NCBI RefSeq assembly: GCF_001194135.2
Contig: NC_068986.1
Coordinates: 3,938,016-4,002,015, forward strand
Length of the DNA: 64,000 bases
From: Octopus bimaculoides
Taxonomy: Eukaryota
Reading direction: 5' to 3'
Part shown: positions 1-12,995 of the stretch, one piece after another
How positions within the stretch are numbered: position 1 is the stretch's first letter
Layout: every line of letters starts with the position of its first letter
The notes under the pieces: model-generated
The model's database searches: none
What the model was told of the DNA's origin: nothing
Seen by the model: the letters and a program-made list of their open reading frames with translations, nothing else
Program-made: the position numbers and the translations under genes

Positions 1-44
1 ATATATATATATATATATATATATATATACGAGAATAGCACACA

Positions 45-390
45 TTTACCTTCTACCAAATTGACTTACAAGGCATGGGTCAGCTGGGGCTATCGTAGAT
101 GACACTTGCCTAAGGCGACGTGCAGTGAGGTTGAACCTGAATCCCAGCAGTTGCAAAGCAAACGTCGCACGCATTTGTAACTGGTGTATATGTTCCTTAT
201 CCTTCATATATTATTATTTGCGCTTCCCGCCGAGGTCGACTTTTCCTTTTATCCTTTCGGGGTCGAAACCATGTTGTCTTACGGTCAATCCCCTTACGCG
301 GCACTTTAGTCAAATCTGTTCTTCTATAACCCCGAGCAAACCAAAGTTTTGTGAGTGGATTTGGTAGACAGAAACTGAAAGAAGCACCCA
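45..390. mobile_element. Cluster of degenerate tRNA-derived SINE fragments (family A head on -, family B piece, family A body on +)
   Basis: 45-170 resembles the reverse-strand head seen at 1460-1609; 225-260 has ccgccgaggtcgac...atcctttcggggtcga (family B); 335-390 has gtgagtggatttggtagacagaaactgaaagaagc as in 9050-9085. Confidence 0.75.
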
Positions 391-479
391 ATAATATATA
401 AATATCTAATTATTAAAGAGGAAAAATTATCAGAAAAGCCATTTCTATTTATTTCTTCAAGTATATAATTCTGTACCAA

Positions 480-579
480 GGACGTTCTATTTCTACTACT
501 ACTACTACTACTACTATTGCTGCTGCCTGCTGCTACTACTACTACTACTACTACTACTGTNNNNNNNNNNNNNNNNNNN

Positions 580-643
<64 letters not shown>
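480..643. repeat. (ACT)n/(GCT)n then (GT)n microsatellites around N-gap 561-579
   Basis: Directly visible tandem repeats. Confidence 0.95.
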
Positions 644-644
<1 letters not shown>

Positions 645-1163
645 AAATATATCTATGTGTTTGTATTGTTTTTTCCTACAAAGGCTTGACAACCACTGTT
701 GGTTTGTTTACTGATAGAATAAATACCAACCAACCACATGGTAAACAGAAAATGGTAAATGGTAAACAAAAAAGTAACAAAATAAAAGAGGAGCGAATGA
801 GTTCCTATTTACCATGTGGCTGTTGTTTTAGTTACAGGGGATATCCTAAGCTCTATGAAAGTTATTTCGTTAGGATTTCCAAGTACGGAACCGTCTCACT
901 CTTATAAGTTGTGTACATACACGAAGCCCTTTTAAGTAAATAATGATTTACTTATTAACTATTGTGTACTCATATATACGTCGTTGTGCTTGTTTGTGCA
1001 AACAGGCATACATGCATATACGCATGGTTACATATACGCATGGATATATATAAGTACACACGTCTATGAGTATCTATATCTGTCAATATCTTCCTCTCAC
1101 CCACCGCTTTCCTACCCTCTCTCTCATTCCATTCTCTCCCTATATATATATTCATTTCTTTCA

Positions 1164-1194
<31 letters not shown>

Positions 1195-1226
1195 AATCTA
1201 TCTATCTATCTATCTATCGAAATATA

Positions 1227-1609
1227 TTCTTTTACTTGTTTCGCTCATTTGACTGCAGCCATGATGGAGATTTGCCTTGAAGGGTTTTTTTAGACGAAGA
1301 AATCGACTTCAGGACTTATTTTTTAAGTCTAGTACTTCTTTTACCGAACCGTTAAGTTTCGGGGATGTAAAGATACTAACACCGGCTGTCACGTGGCGAT
1401 ACGGGGACAAACATAGACGCAAAGACACACACACACATATATATACACGACAGGTTTCTTTCAGTTTCCGTCTACCAAATCCACCCACAAGGCTTTGGTC
1501 GGCACGAGGCTATAGTAGAAGACACTTGCCCAAAGTGCCAAGCAGTAGGGTTGAACCCGGAACCATGTTTAGGAAGCAAACTTCTTACCACATAGCCACA
1601 CCTGCGCCT
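1227..1609 (-). mobile_element. Full-length tRNA-derived SINE, family A (~380 bp)
   Basis: Reverse complement begins aggcgcaggtgtggctatgtggtaagaag (box A) ...ccgggttcaacc (box B) and ends ...aaacaagtaaaagaa; colinear with copies at 8930-9355 and 9545-9947. Confidence 0.9.
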
Positions 1610-1654
1610 ATATCTATCTATTTTCTCTATCTATCTATCTATATATATATATAT

Positions 1655-1658
<4 letters not shown>

Positions 1659-1736
<78 letters not shown>

Positions 1737-1883
1737 TCAGTATAATTTGGCTTCACTCCTTTTAAACGCTTCATATTCTGTGATGTAAAAATTATAAAAT
1801 CATAATTTAAAATTGCAGTCAGTTGATAGATTATAAGTAGATTAGACAGACAGACAGACAGTTAGATAGACAGACAGATAGAA

Positions 1884-1914
<31 letters not shown>

Positions 1915-1950
1915 TAGATAGATCGATAGATAGATAGATAGATAGATAAA
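1659..1950. repeat. (CA)n and (GACA)n/(GATA)n microsatellites
   Basis: Directly visible tandem repeats. Confidence 0.95.
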
Positions 1951-2119
1951 CCAACATGTGCACACACATATAAAACCATTCACATATATACATATAATCA
2001 TATATATGTATATAATATTGTGTATATCGCTATATACATTAGTTATTTATTTTTTAAGACGTAGTAAAATCAGAATTATAATTGCTATTACTCCTGGGTC
2101 TTAAATATATACCAGCTGA

Positions 2120-2730
2120 TATTGTTGTTTAGCCCTAGGTTGGCCTTGATCGAGCAGACCTATGATCAAAGAAATCCATGCATGACTATCGTATTTTCCG
2201 AGGCAGAGCACCTTAACTGATTTTCTGCTGATTTACACTAAGCGCGATGACCAACATTCCACAAGTTTCGGTTTAGCAGCATCGTTACTGAGATCGCATT
2301 ATCAAATATGTTCATCCTTTTCCAAGACGGTCGTGTGTGATACGGAGCAGAGTGGGATTTGGCAATTATTTCTAATTGCTTGAGTGATTTGGTTGCTTTG
2401 TCCTAGAGAGCCATTTGTTTGTTTTGTATCATATATTATTTCACTTTATCTAGAACTGGCTTTTTCTATCCCCCCTTACTGTCTCTCTGTTTGAAGAATT
2501 CCCGCTGTCAGTTATTATTGCTGCTGCTGCTGTTGTTGTTTAGCTTTAAGTCAGCTTTGATCAAGTAGAACTATCATCAAAAGTACTTGACCCGCGATCA
2601 TCTCGTTGTTTTCCTGTGTATTGTGAATTCAAGACCACATAATCCAACGTATTCTTTTTCAAGCTGTTAGAGAGTGGTTTCAAGAAGGTTTAGCTCGCTA
2701 TTTCTAGCAAATTGAGCTCCCACTAGGGAT
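2120..2730 (+). repeat. Two copies of an old dispersed repeat (family C: ttgtttagc...ttgatcnagcagacctatgatcaaa ... gctatttctagc)
   Basis: Related motifs recur at about 10920-11070, 13245-13305 (-), 40470-40740 (-), 41505-41690 and 62205-62270 (-). Probably an old SINE body; family not named with confidence. Confidence 0.6.
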
Positions 2731-2993
2731 TCCCCACTAGTAATATTCTAAGAGGGGTTTAATGAACTATACAACCCCAACCCCTTCTATTGTCGTTGTT
2801 TAACGCAACGACACCTTCAACAAGCAGACTATGGTCGTAGTATCATATCATCGTTGTCCTTCCTTTTATTAAAAACAAAAATGTATAATTTGAGAACGAT
2901 TTCGTTACTATTGCTAGCAGAATGTGTGTAGAGTTGTTGTTGATGGAGAATGTTCATTTGTCCTTCCTTCTCGTGTTTAGTTAAACGGATATG

Positions 2994-3068
<75 letters not shown>

Positions 3069-3069
3069 G

Positions 3070-5544
3070 CTGATGGCTTAAATTACTAGATGTGACTAAT
3101 AAATTAATTATCAAATACGTTTATAAGCTTTAAAACATTTAGAAAGGTTTCAGTTTTTTAGAAACGATTTTGATATTCTAAGACTTAGAATGATCAAACG
3201 TTTATGTTAAAAATATTGTAATTTTTTTGTAAGAAAAAAGAAAAATATTATAATATAAAGCCATATGTTAAACTAAAATTTAGATTTGAATATTTCAGAA
3301 AGTTCTAGGTAAAACTAAAAGTTATGCAATTTTTTTTATTTTTTAAAGAATTTTGTTTTTTAATATTTTCGTACAAATAAATACTATATTTTATTGTACA
3401 AATTTTTTGTATAACTTTTCTTTTAATTTAACTTTTATTCCAATGTTTTTGTTTTAAATCTTTTTCAGAACCTTTTACTCCAAGCGTTTTAACTTGCACC
3501 TGACACGTACCTTATCTTTTGTTCACATACTTGTGTTGTTTACTGCACATCAAATAATTTGCAATGAGTGCAAAGAAACAGAAATATTTTGATGAATATA
3601 TTCCATTTGGATTCGTGTCCCTCCAAAAGAGTGACACAAAAGTCTCCCAGTGTGTGATATGTTACAAGACTTTGAGCAATGATGGAATGCGACCCTCACG
3701 CTTGGAACGCCACTTGCAAACTAGCCCAAGGCATTCTTTTGAAACCAAAAGACATTCCGTGAAGCAAGCCAAGTTGGACGGTTGTGGGGCATTTCGGCAA
3801 CAAACTTCAATGGTTGTTGAAGCTTCCTATAAGATCGCCATGTTGATTGCAACGAGCAAGAAGAGCCATAACATCGGAGAGTCTCTCATAAAACCAAGTC
3901 TACTCCGTGCAGCAGAACTCATTCTGGGGAAAGATAGTGCAAACAAGCTCTCCCAGAGTCCACTATCAAACGACACAGTAAAGGAAAGGATCGAGGACTT
4001 GTCTCAAAACATCAAAGTTCAAAATCTCGACCACGTAAGAGATTCTCCTGCTTTTGCCATCCAGTGTGACGAAACGACTGACATCGTTCAGTGTTCTCAG
4101 CTACTGATATATGCTCGTTTTGTCAGGCAGCTGTGCAAAAGAGGAAACGTTGTTCTGTCACCCTATGAATAGTTGTACAACAGCAGCTATTTTTCGCTAT
4201 GTATCAAACTTCTTTCAGAAAAACTAACTTCCGTGGGATTCGCTGGTGCACTGATGGAGCTCCAACCATGTTAGATCTGAAGTATGGATTCATTACTAGG
4301 GTGAAAGAAAAAATCCATCTGTTGTATGTACTCACTGCATACTTCCTTGTGAAGCCTTAGTATCCAGAACCTTACCTACTGAAATGAGAAATGTCCTGAA
4401 CGTGGTTATCAACGTTGTCAGCCTTGTTAAAGGTGGAGTCTTAAACAGTCGTCTTTTTAAACTGTTATGTAAAGATATGGAATCTGAACATGAAGCATTG
4501 CTTTTTCACTCGAACATGCAATATCTATCAAAGGGGGAAAGTGCTTGGACGGCTTTATGAACTACGAGAAGAAGTTGCAATATTTCTAGATTTGCAGCAG
4601 AAGGCAAATCTCCATGACAAGTTCCAGTCTGAAGGCTTTCCTGGTGGACATCTTCGAAGCGTTGAATGCTCTCGACCTTAAGCTACAAGGGAAAAACAAC
4701 ATTCTCACGCACCACGACACCATTCGAACCTTCATGGCTAAACTTGACCTCTAGAAATGTCGAATTCAGCAGGTAAATACAGCCAGTTTTAGTTACTTGT
4801 ATTCTACTCTAATTCCCGGTAACCTTGATTCTGAATTAAAGAAACAAATAATCACTCATCTAACTGACTTGAAAACAGAATTCATCAGATACTTCTCAGA
4901 CTTAAATGAAAAGCGTGTAGCTTGGAAATTCATCAAGAACCCATTTTAGTTGTGAAGTGACGGATGTTTTCGATGAAATGCAAGAGTTTCTTGAGCTGAA
5001 GTTCAACTCCTCAGATAAGGAAGACTTCAAAGAGCTGGATCTTGAAATGTTCTGGATTAAGTACCTTCCTGTTTACTCTCTGATCTCACATCAGGCTCTT
5101 CGGATTTTAGCTATGTTTAGATTCACGTATCATTGTGAAGCTGCATTTCCCACGTTCATTGCTGTTAAAACCAAGTACAGAAACAGGCTGAACGTTGAAA
5201 GATACTTACGTTGTGCACTCTCTGGCATTCAATCACACATTCAAGATATTGTAGCTAAGAAGCAGTGTCAAGTATCTCACTAATGTTGTGACTAATAAAA
5301 AAACCTTTGTTTTTTGCTAAAAAACAGTGTCAAGTATCTCACTTTTTGTATAATGTGATTATATATAAAATTATACATATTTTGTATAATGTGACTAATT
5401 CATATTCAGTAAAAAGACTAAAAATATATTTTAGATTTCATTAAAAATCTGGGGGGGGGGGTTTATTCATAGATGCAAGGAGGACGAAGAGAGAAGGACA
5501 AACTCCTAAGGGAGGCTTGGTAATAAAAAGGTTAAGAACCACTG
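3070..5544 (+). mobile_element. hAT DNA transposon, Charlie/Buster group; right end intact, left end not resolved
   Basis: Right terminus GGTTAAGAACCACTG (5530-5544, reverse complement CAGTGGTTCTTAACC) followed by ttcTAagt, matching the nnnTAnnn Buster target preference. Subterminal motif tgtgactaat at 3081, 5287 and 5390. Confidence 0.85.
3564..5283 (+). pseudogene. Disrupted hAT (Buster/ZBED5-ZBED8-like) transposase
   Basis: BED finger CVICYKTLSNDGMRPSRLERHL; FAIQCDETTDIVQCSQLLIYARF (first catalytic D motif); RGKVLGRLYELREEV (RWLSRG region); C-terminal dimerisation domain TYHCEAAFPTFIAVKTKYRNRL...KQCQVSH*. Broken by several stops and frameshifts. Confidence 0.92.
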
Positions 5545-5841
5545 TTCTAAGTTATTATTTCAAGTACATTTTTTTATTTTGAAACAAAGCAACAAAAAAC
5601 ATCTGCATCTAAATGAACTGTCATGTATAACCGACCAGTTTTTAAATGTGAGAAATATTTTTCTAATTAAAATCTGTCAGAGAAAATTGCTCGTATGAAA
5701 ACTGAACTATAGAGGAATGTCGGGAAAGGAACTCTGGACAAGTAAATGTTTCACCTTTCAGATTCTTGTTTCTCTGAGGTAGTCAGGTCACGAGTAAGGG
5801 CTATTTTGCTATGCCTAGTCTTTGCTGTGGGACAATAATTA

Positions 5842-8009
5842 CACTGGTCTACAAGGTTTTTGGTGTTTAAGAAATAGACATTATTCCTATATAAAATCGG
5901 TCTCCTGAATCCAAATATAAGCTTCTTTTTGACCTGTCAGATCTAGTTTTTAAGTTATTGAACATCCCTATAGTCATTTTGTATGTGTGTACGTCCAGTA
6001 TGCAGTATTCATTACCTTATTCTAAGTTTTTTTCCATCCATTTGAGATGCTGTGGTGAACTAAGCAATAGAAAATGAACAAGACATCCTCTTCAAGAAAG
6101 TGTTGCGTTAATTCTCCAGATGTGTTTTGTTATGTTTGTGGAGAATAAACATTACCAGAAAATCGAAAAAAAAAAATCACTGATTTTGCTGAAAGAGCGT
6201 ATATGGCGTATTTTGGTGTCAAACTGGAAGACCAAGATAAATATTGGGCACCACATAGTGTCTGCAAACAATGTACAGAACATTTTCAACAATGGACTAA
6301 AGGGTCAAGGAAAAGGATGAGATTTGCTATACCAATGGTATGGCGGGAGTCCTATAATCACGTGGATGACTGCTATTTTTGTAGCCTTAATTTGAAGGGT
6401 ATTCACCGGAAAAATCGACAAACGCTTGTCTCTCCTAATCTTGCCTCTGTTATTAGACCAGTTCCACACAGTGAAGAGCTTCCTGTTCCTGTTTTCAATG
6501 CCTTGCCTCAGATAAATTTACCCTCAACCAAAGAAGATTCATCACCTGAAGATGACACTAAAGATCAAGACTTTTCAGGTGAGACTTTATCTCAGCTACT
6601 CTCCCAGGTAGAGCTGAATGATCTAGTTCGTGACTTGAACCTCTCCCAAAATTCTGCAGAACTGTTGGCTTCCTGACTGAAAGAAAAGAATCTTCTAGAG
6701 AACGGTGTCCGTGTAACTTTTTATCGGATTTGGTATGAAGAGTTCGTTTCTTTCTTCACAAAAGAGGAAGAACTGCTTTACTGTAGAGACGTCAGTGGAC
6801 TTCTTAATAAACTTGGCATTAAGGAATAGAAACCAGAGGAATGGTATCTTTTCATAGTTAGCTCTAAGAGTAGTTTAAAATGTGCATTGTTGCACAACAG
6901 AAATGTGTATAGCTCTGTCCAACTCGGCCACTCAGCAAATCTGAAGGAAAAATATGAAGAAATTAAGTTGGTTTTAGAGAAGATACTGTATCATGATCAT
7001 AAATGGGTCATCTGCGTTGACTTAAAGATGGTAAATTTCCTAATGGGACAGCAATCTATATACCAAATGCCTATACTTTATTTGCATGTGGGACAGTAGA
7101 GACTGAGTAAACCCCTATGTTAAGAAAGACTAGCCGCCTAGAACAAATATGGCTCCATGTAGAGCTGCCTATATATTGGAAGAACCTTTAGTTGAGCGAG
7201 ATAATATCATTTTCTCCCCTTTGCTCATCAAATTTGGATTGATCAAGCAATTCGTCAAAGCTCTTGACAAAAATGGGGAATGCTTCAAGTATATCTGCAG
7301 TATACCTCCAAACTTGACGATTGAAAAACCTAAAGCAGGGATGTTTTGATGTACCACAGATCTGTAAGCTCTTGAAGGACATAAATTTCGTGAAAACTAT
7401 GAGCAGAAATGAAGCATCGGCTTGGCTAGCCTTTGCAGAAGTAGTGCAAAATTTCCTTGGGAAATACAAAAGTGAAAACCATAAAGACCCTGATATCAAT
7501 TTTTCGTGATATTGGCGCGAATATGAAAATCAAAATTTATTATCTTTTTAGTCATCTTGATCGTTTTCTTGAAAATCTCGGAGAACAAAGTGAATGATAC
7601 CATCAGGACATCAAGGTAATGGAAACTCGGTATCAAGGACATTGGGATGTTGTAATGATGGCAGACTATTGCTGGTGTTTAAAACGAGATAGTCCTGTTG
7701 CTCAGCATTCACGGTGCCCAAAGATGCGTAAATTTATTCCTTGAATTTTCTGCCAAAAATCTTTACCAATGAGCATTTTGAATTTTGAATTTTTATTTGT
7801 ACTTTGTTTTATTTTGTGTTACGCTCTCTTTATTGATTCATATTATATGCCTCTTGTATGAATAAAATACTTACTCTATCAGGTCTAGTCAGAAAACTAA
7901 ACCTGATAGAAAAAAACTGAAGCTATTTTTGAATTTAGCAAGTAAAATCACTTAAGAATTCGTTAAAATATTCCAGGCACCAGGCAAAAAAAAATTTTGT
8001 TACCCAATG
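5842..8009 (+). mobile_element. Full-length Chapaev3-type (CMC superfamily) DNA transposon, 2168 bp
   Basis: Termini CACTGG...(5842) and ...CCAATG (8009), both flanked by TTA (5839-5841, 8010-8012). Imperfect subterminal inverted repeats at about 5895-5960 and 7895-7955. 5'-CAC ends with a 3-bp TWA TSD are the described Chapaev3 hallmarks. Confidence 0.8.
6074..7744 (+). pseudogene. Disrupted Chapaev3-like transposase
   Basis: N-terminal Cys/His cluster CCVNSPDVFCYVCG...WAPHSVCKQC...PMVWRE..NHVDDCYFC; VICVDLKMVNFLMGQQ; FSPLLIKFGLIKQFVKALDK; EQSE*YHQDIKVMETRYQGHWDVVMMADYCWCLKRD. Multiple stops and frameshifts. Confidence 0.85.
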
Positions 8010-8083
8010 TTATCTTTTATCATTTACATTTCTCCTTTTCTGGAGCGGGAGAATTCTACCGTCTCTTTCAATGTTTCAATTGT

Positions 8084-8134
<51 letters not shown>

Positions 8135-8929
8135 CTAACCTGTATTTGCTTAAAGTAGGTCATAAAACAATGCTCTGTCTAATCCTCTAGCACCAAGCCA
8201 GCTACTAGTAACCTATCACCTTTTAGCATCCTTCAATTAAGTTACTTTTCAAATGTCACAGTCAATTCAAAACCGACCACATTTTCACGGTATATGCGTA
8301 GATTATGTATAGTCGTTTTCCATATTTCACTGATAGTCTGAAAAACTACACTGCGAATTGTTAGAATGCAGTACTGTCAAAGACGGAGGGGAAGGTAAAT
8401 TTGCGGGTGTTTCAAAAATTGCTTTTGATCGATATTAGTATTGATTTGATGTTTTCTGAAGCCCTCAATTCATACATGGGCTGACCCTTCAGGAATTTGT
8501 TATATTTTCAGATGCAATGATTCTAGGAAAGGACAATCGTACAGAATGACAAAACGTAATGTTGAATTTGTCAATTCTGGTATAAAGACAGTTGATGTCT
8601 GTTGTTTTGCTGTGTATATCAATGAGTAAAGAGGAGGTCAGAGCTGACCTGGGTATAAAGCAATATCCTTAATGGGGATACGTATCATATGTCATTGCAT
8701 AGTTTCTAAGAAGTAAACGGCAGAATCCGAGGAAATTAATCATCGTTTATACCAGTAATTAAGAAGTAGAATCAGTTCGAAAGTAGAATGAATTACTTTA
8801 CTCACTTTAGAGCTGTTTTTAGTTTCATTAATTTCATTGCCTTTCGCGGTTTCGTGGAGAGTTTCTCTAACGGAGATAATTTTTAAAAAATCAAACTTAC
8901 ATAGTAAGTTAAAAGAAAATTAATTACAC

Positions 8930-9355
8930 AGGCGCATGAGTGGCTGTGTGGTAAGAAGCTTACTTCCCAAAGACATGGTTCCGGGTTCAGTCTCACTGCG
9001 TGGCACCTTGGGCAAAGATTTACTATAGCCTCGGGCCGACCAAAGCCTTGTGAGTGGATTTGGTAGACGGAAACTAAAAGAAGCCCGTCGTATGTATGTA
9101 AATGTGTGTATATATTTATGTGTGTCTTTGAGTCTGCATTTGCACCACCCCCCCCACCATCGCTTGACAACCGATATTGGTGAGTTTATGTCCCCATAAC
9201 TTAGCGATTCAGAAAAAGAGACCGATAGAATAAGTACTAGGCTTACAAAGAATAAGTCCAGAGGTAGATTTTCTCGACTAAAAAACCCCCCTTTAAGTGG
9301 TGCTCTAGCATGGCCGCAGTTAAATTACTGAACCAAGTAAAACAATAAAAGAATA
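8930..9355 (+). mobile_element. Full-length tRNA-derived SINE, family A
   Basis: ggcgcatgagtggctgtgtggtaag (box A), ccgggttcagtc (box B-like), internal microsatellite, 3' end gaaccaagtaaaacaataaaagaata. Confidence 0.92.
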
Positions 9356-9544
9356 GAGATAACAAATACAATTGTATCAGTTTTGAATAGAGCAAGATGT
9401 CAAATCATGTTAGTTTGAGTCAGAATCCGGCGGTTAATGGAGTTTCTTTCATTCAGATTGCTTTTGCTTATCGGAAAAAGAGAGCCATCACAGCACTCCA
9501 TTTCTTTCTTCCTCTAAAATACAAATTTGTACCTTACTCTTTAA

Positions 9545-9947
9545 CTCTTTTACTTGTTTCAGTCTTTTGACTGTGGCCATGCTGGAGCACCACCTTTAGT
9601 CGAGCAAATCGACCCCAGGACTTATTCTTTAGAAGCCTAGTACTTATTCTATCGGTCTCTTTTTGCCGAACCGCTAAGTTACGGGGACATAAACACACCA
9701 CCATCGGTTGTCAAGCGATGTTCGGGGGACAAACACAGACACACAAACACATACATATATATATATATATATATACATATATACGACGGGCTTCTTTCAG
9801 TTTCCGTCTACCAAATCCACTCACAAGGCTTTGGTCGGCCCGAGGCTATAGTAGAAGACACTTGCCCAAGGTGCCACGCAGTGGCACTGAACCCGGGACC
9901 ATGTGACTGGTAAGCAAGCTACTTACCACACAGCCACTCCTACGCCT
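9545..9947 (-). mobile_element. Full-length tRNA-derived SINE, family A (inverted relative to 8930-9355)
   Basis: Reverse complement is colinear with 8930-9355 along its whole length. Confidence 0.92.
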
Positions 9948-11443
9948 GTTGAAAATAAATATATTAATTAAAATAAAATGATAATAACATTGAGTAACGT
10001 ATAATGTAATACTTTGCTTCTAATAAGAAATAAACTAATGTATTGACAATTTTATAAACATCAAATGTTATGAGAAAAGTATCCTTGTTTACTTTTGCTT
10101 CATATGGGAATGTTTGAGTGAATAGAGTTAAGTACCAAACGCACAATATGCCTTTATGCTCTACATATACAGTATATGTACACACTGTATATTCATCGAT
10201 GCAGTATATAGAGTATACCTCGTAAAGAATCAGCCACTTCAAAATGATTAATAAAAGTTTTATGTAAAATAATTAGTATCCATCACAAAGTTAATACATC
10301 GCACACACATGTCTAATGTTTATCTTGTCATAGAAAACACTTGTAAGAATATTTGCCTTTGTAGCATATTGCTGGAATTTGCAGAATCCAATATTTCAAA
10401 ATAGAAATTCAAAGGTTATTTGACAAATAATTCATTGTTAATGAGATTGGTATACCTTGTTCTTCAAATTAAATGAAGTTAATCTATCCTTCATTATAAG
10501 GAACGGATGTTATGTGCTTCTGACACACAACAGATGACATACCCAAATTAAAAACAAATTGAAGTTCTTGCCATCATGTACAGAATAAAATACCACCATT
10601 TACTTTCTTATCTTTGACTTAAAATAAATAACTAATCAACACATCAAGGGAAAAGCTATTGTTAAATGCATAGAAAAATGGATTACTTTATATTGAAAAA
10701 GAATTATCAAATAATTTGAAAAAGAAATTATCAAACGTGCATAGTAGATAGAAATGAAACTAGATTTTGAACTCGATTCTTCATGTAAATTAGAATAAAA
10801 TCATTAGCAAACAATTTTTTTCATACTTGACTACAAACTACTAAAGTCTGGTAACACTTGCAACCGTAGCCGACCATAACTCTTCAAACCAAATTACACA
10901 AAGAATGCCGTTGTTATTATTGTTTAGCTCTGGTCGACAAATGATCAAAGTCACTCCATTCATGACCACCCCCATCCTTTTTTTTATATATAACAAGCAC
11001 GACATGATCCATGGGTTCTCTTTTTAGAGAAGATTTGGATACTATTTCTAACAGGTCTAGCAATTACATAAGTCCCCTTCGCCGGCTGATCTACAAAATA
11101 TTTTAGCATCAGTATTTCAGATTTAAAGTGTTTTCCTGCAGTCAGTGACAAGTTGGCTGCGCTTTGCGGCACAGTACGTAGATTGGGATACCTTAATGCT
11201 ATTTGTCTTCACTATTAATATAGTGTGAGAAGATATGAACTATTAATCTTCGGATGGTTTCCTGGTACTTTAACCAATCAACCATCTGCAATCTCAACTT
11301 TGTATTTATAGAAATGTTTGTGTAATAGTTTGAAATTATTTCGAGTTTCGCCAAACGGCTTATAGCGACTGATAATCGCAGACAATCTCAATCATCCGCT
11401 AGTCATACTAGAGTAAACAGTTTCTTTTTTTATATGAATTAAT

Positions 11444-11448
11444 ATGTA

Positions 11449-11484
<36 letters not shown>

Positions 11485-11492
11485 CAAGCAAG

Positions 11493-11553
<61 letters not shown>

Positions 11554-11880
11554 AAATCTACACTCAATCAATCAATCTATCAATACACACACACACACAC
11601 AAACAAACACACACAGGCACACACACACACACATACACACACACACACACATTATCTGAAAGTCCTGGGAGAGCGTGTTTGTAAATGAATTTGTCAATAG
11701 ATTTACATGTGAACGTTTAATAAACATACATGTAGCTAGCACAGTAAAGATAACTGTATGTTTTATTAAACGTGCACACACGCACACACACGCACATACA
11801 CACACACGCACACACACACAACGTACACATGTACAGATACACACGCCCCCCCACTCCACAAACACATACCCACATGCAAC
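11444..11880. repeat. Compound (GT)n/(ATCT)n/(CA)n microsatellite block
   Basis: Directly visible. Confidence 0.95.
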
Positions 11881-12184
11881 ATGATGTATTGAAACGATAC
11901 TTACAGGAAGATGTAAATGTGTCAGAATCCACTTAACTCTCTTGTGTCAATTTAGTCTGGGAAAAAAGTATTCAAGCTATTTACTCCTATCACTAGCTTG
12001 TATGATGGCGGATGGAAATAGAAAAATCTTCTCCGTGAAATGACTTAGTACTTTTTATAACGTTGGATATCAGGTTCGGAAGAGCCTCGGATATAATACC
12101 AGTTGTTCTGAGTTCAAATCACAACTTGAAACATGTACTCAAATCTTGTGATAAATCTAAGATAAGATAGAATCTCTGCAGGGC

Positions 12185-12400
12185 AGCAAGCTGGCCGAAT
12201 CGTCAGCACGCCGGACAAAATGCTTAACGGCATTTCGACCATCTTTACGTCCCAATTTCTAATTCTGCTGAGGACGACTTTGCCTTTCATCCTTTCTGGG
12301 TCGATAAAATAAATACCAATTGAAAACGGGGCCGATGTAGTCAACTTTCCCCCTTCCCTGAAATTGCTGGCCTTGTGCCAAACTTTGAAACCAATGTCTT

Positions 12401-12438
<38 letters not shown>

Positions 12439-12500
12439 TCACGCTCTCCCTCTCTCTCTCTCTCACACACATACACACCACGCTCTCTCTCTTTCTCTTC

Positions 12501-12533
<33 letters not shown>

Positions 12534-12650
12534 ACGCACACACTCGATTTTGCTTTTCATCCTTTTGGGGTCGATAAAATAAGTACCAGTAGAATGCTGA
12601 GGTCAATATAATCGACCTAGCCCTGAAATTGCTGATCTTGTACCAAAATT
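12185..12650 (+). mobile_element. Two family B SINE copies split by (CA)n/(CT)n
   Basis: gctggccgaatcgttag-like head (gctggccgaatcgtcagcacgccggacaaaatgcttaacgg) and ctttgcctttcatcctttctgggtcgataaaataaatacca core, which resembles the Meta-domain SINE core from memory (not verified); second partial copy at 12545-12650. Confidence 0.8.
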
Positions 12651-12827
12651 TATTCACTCTAAAGTACCTCTACCTGTAATATATATGGGGCGAGCTTTGA
12701 GAGTTGCATTTCCTCGCGTTCGGTAAAAATGTGTTTATCATGGTAGTTTGACCTTAGAGTCCCTCTTAGCGTGAGGCATTCAAGTATAGTAATGCCCTTA
12801 TATAAATATATATATATATATATATGT

Positions 12828-12995
12828 ATCGTGGCACTCCGTCGGTTACGACGACGAGGGTTCCAGTTGATCCGATCAACGGAAAAGCCTGCACGTGAAA
12901 TTAACGTGCAAGTGACTGAGCACTCCACAGACATGTGTACCCTTAACATGGTTCTCGGAGAGATTCAGCGTGACACAGAATGTGATAAGGCTTAA
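12828..12995 (-). mobile_element. 3' body fragment of another tRNA-SINE family
   Basis: ggcactccgtcggttacgacgacgagggttccagttgatccgatcaacgg...cgtgacacagaatgtgataaggct, a recurrent octopus repeat as recalled; no head present. Confidence 0.55.
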
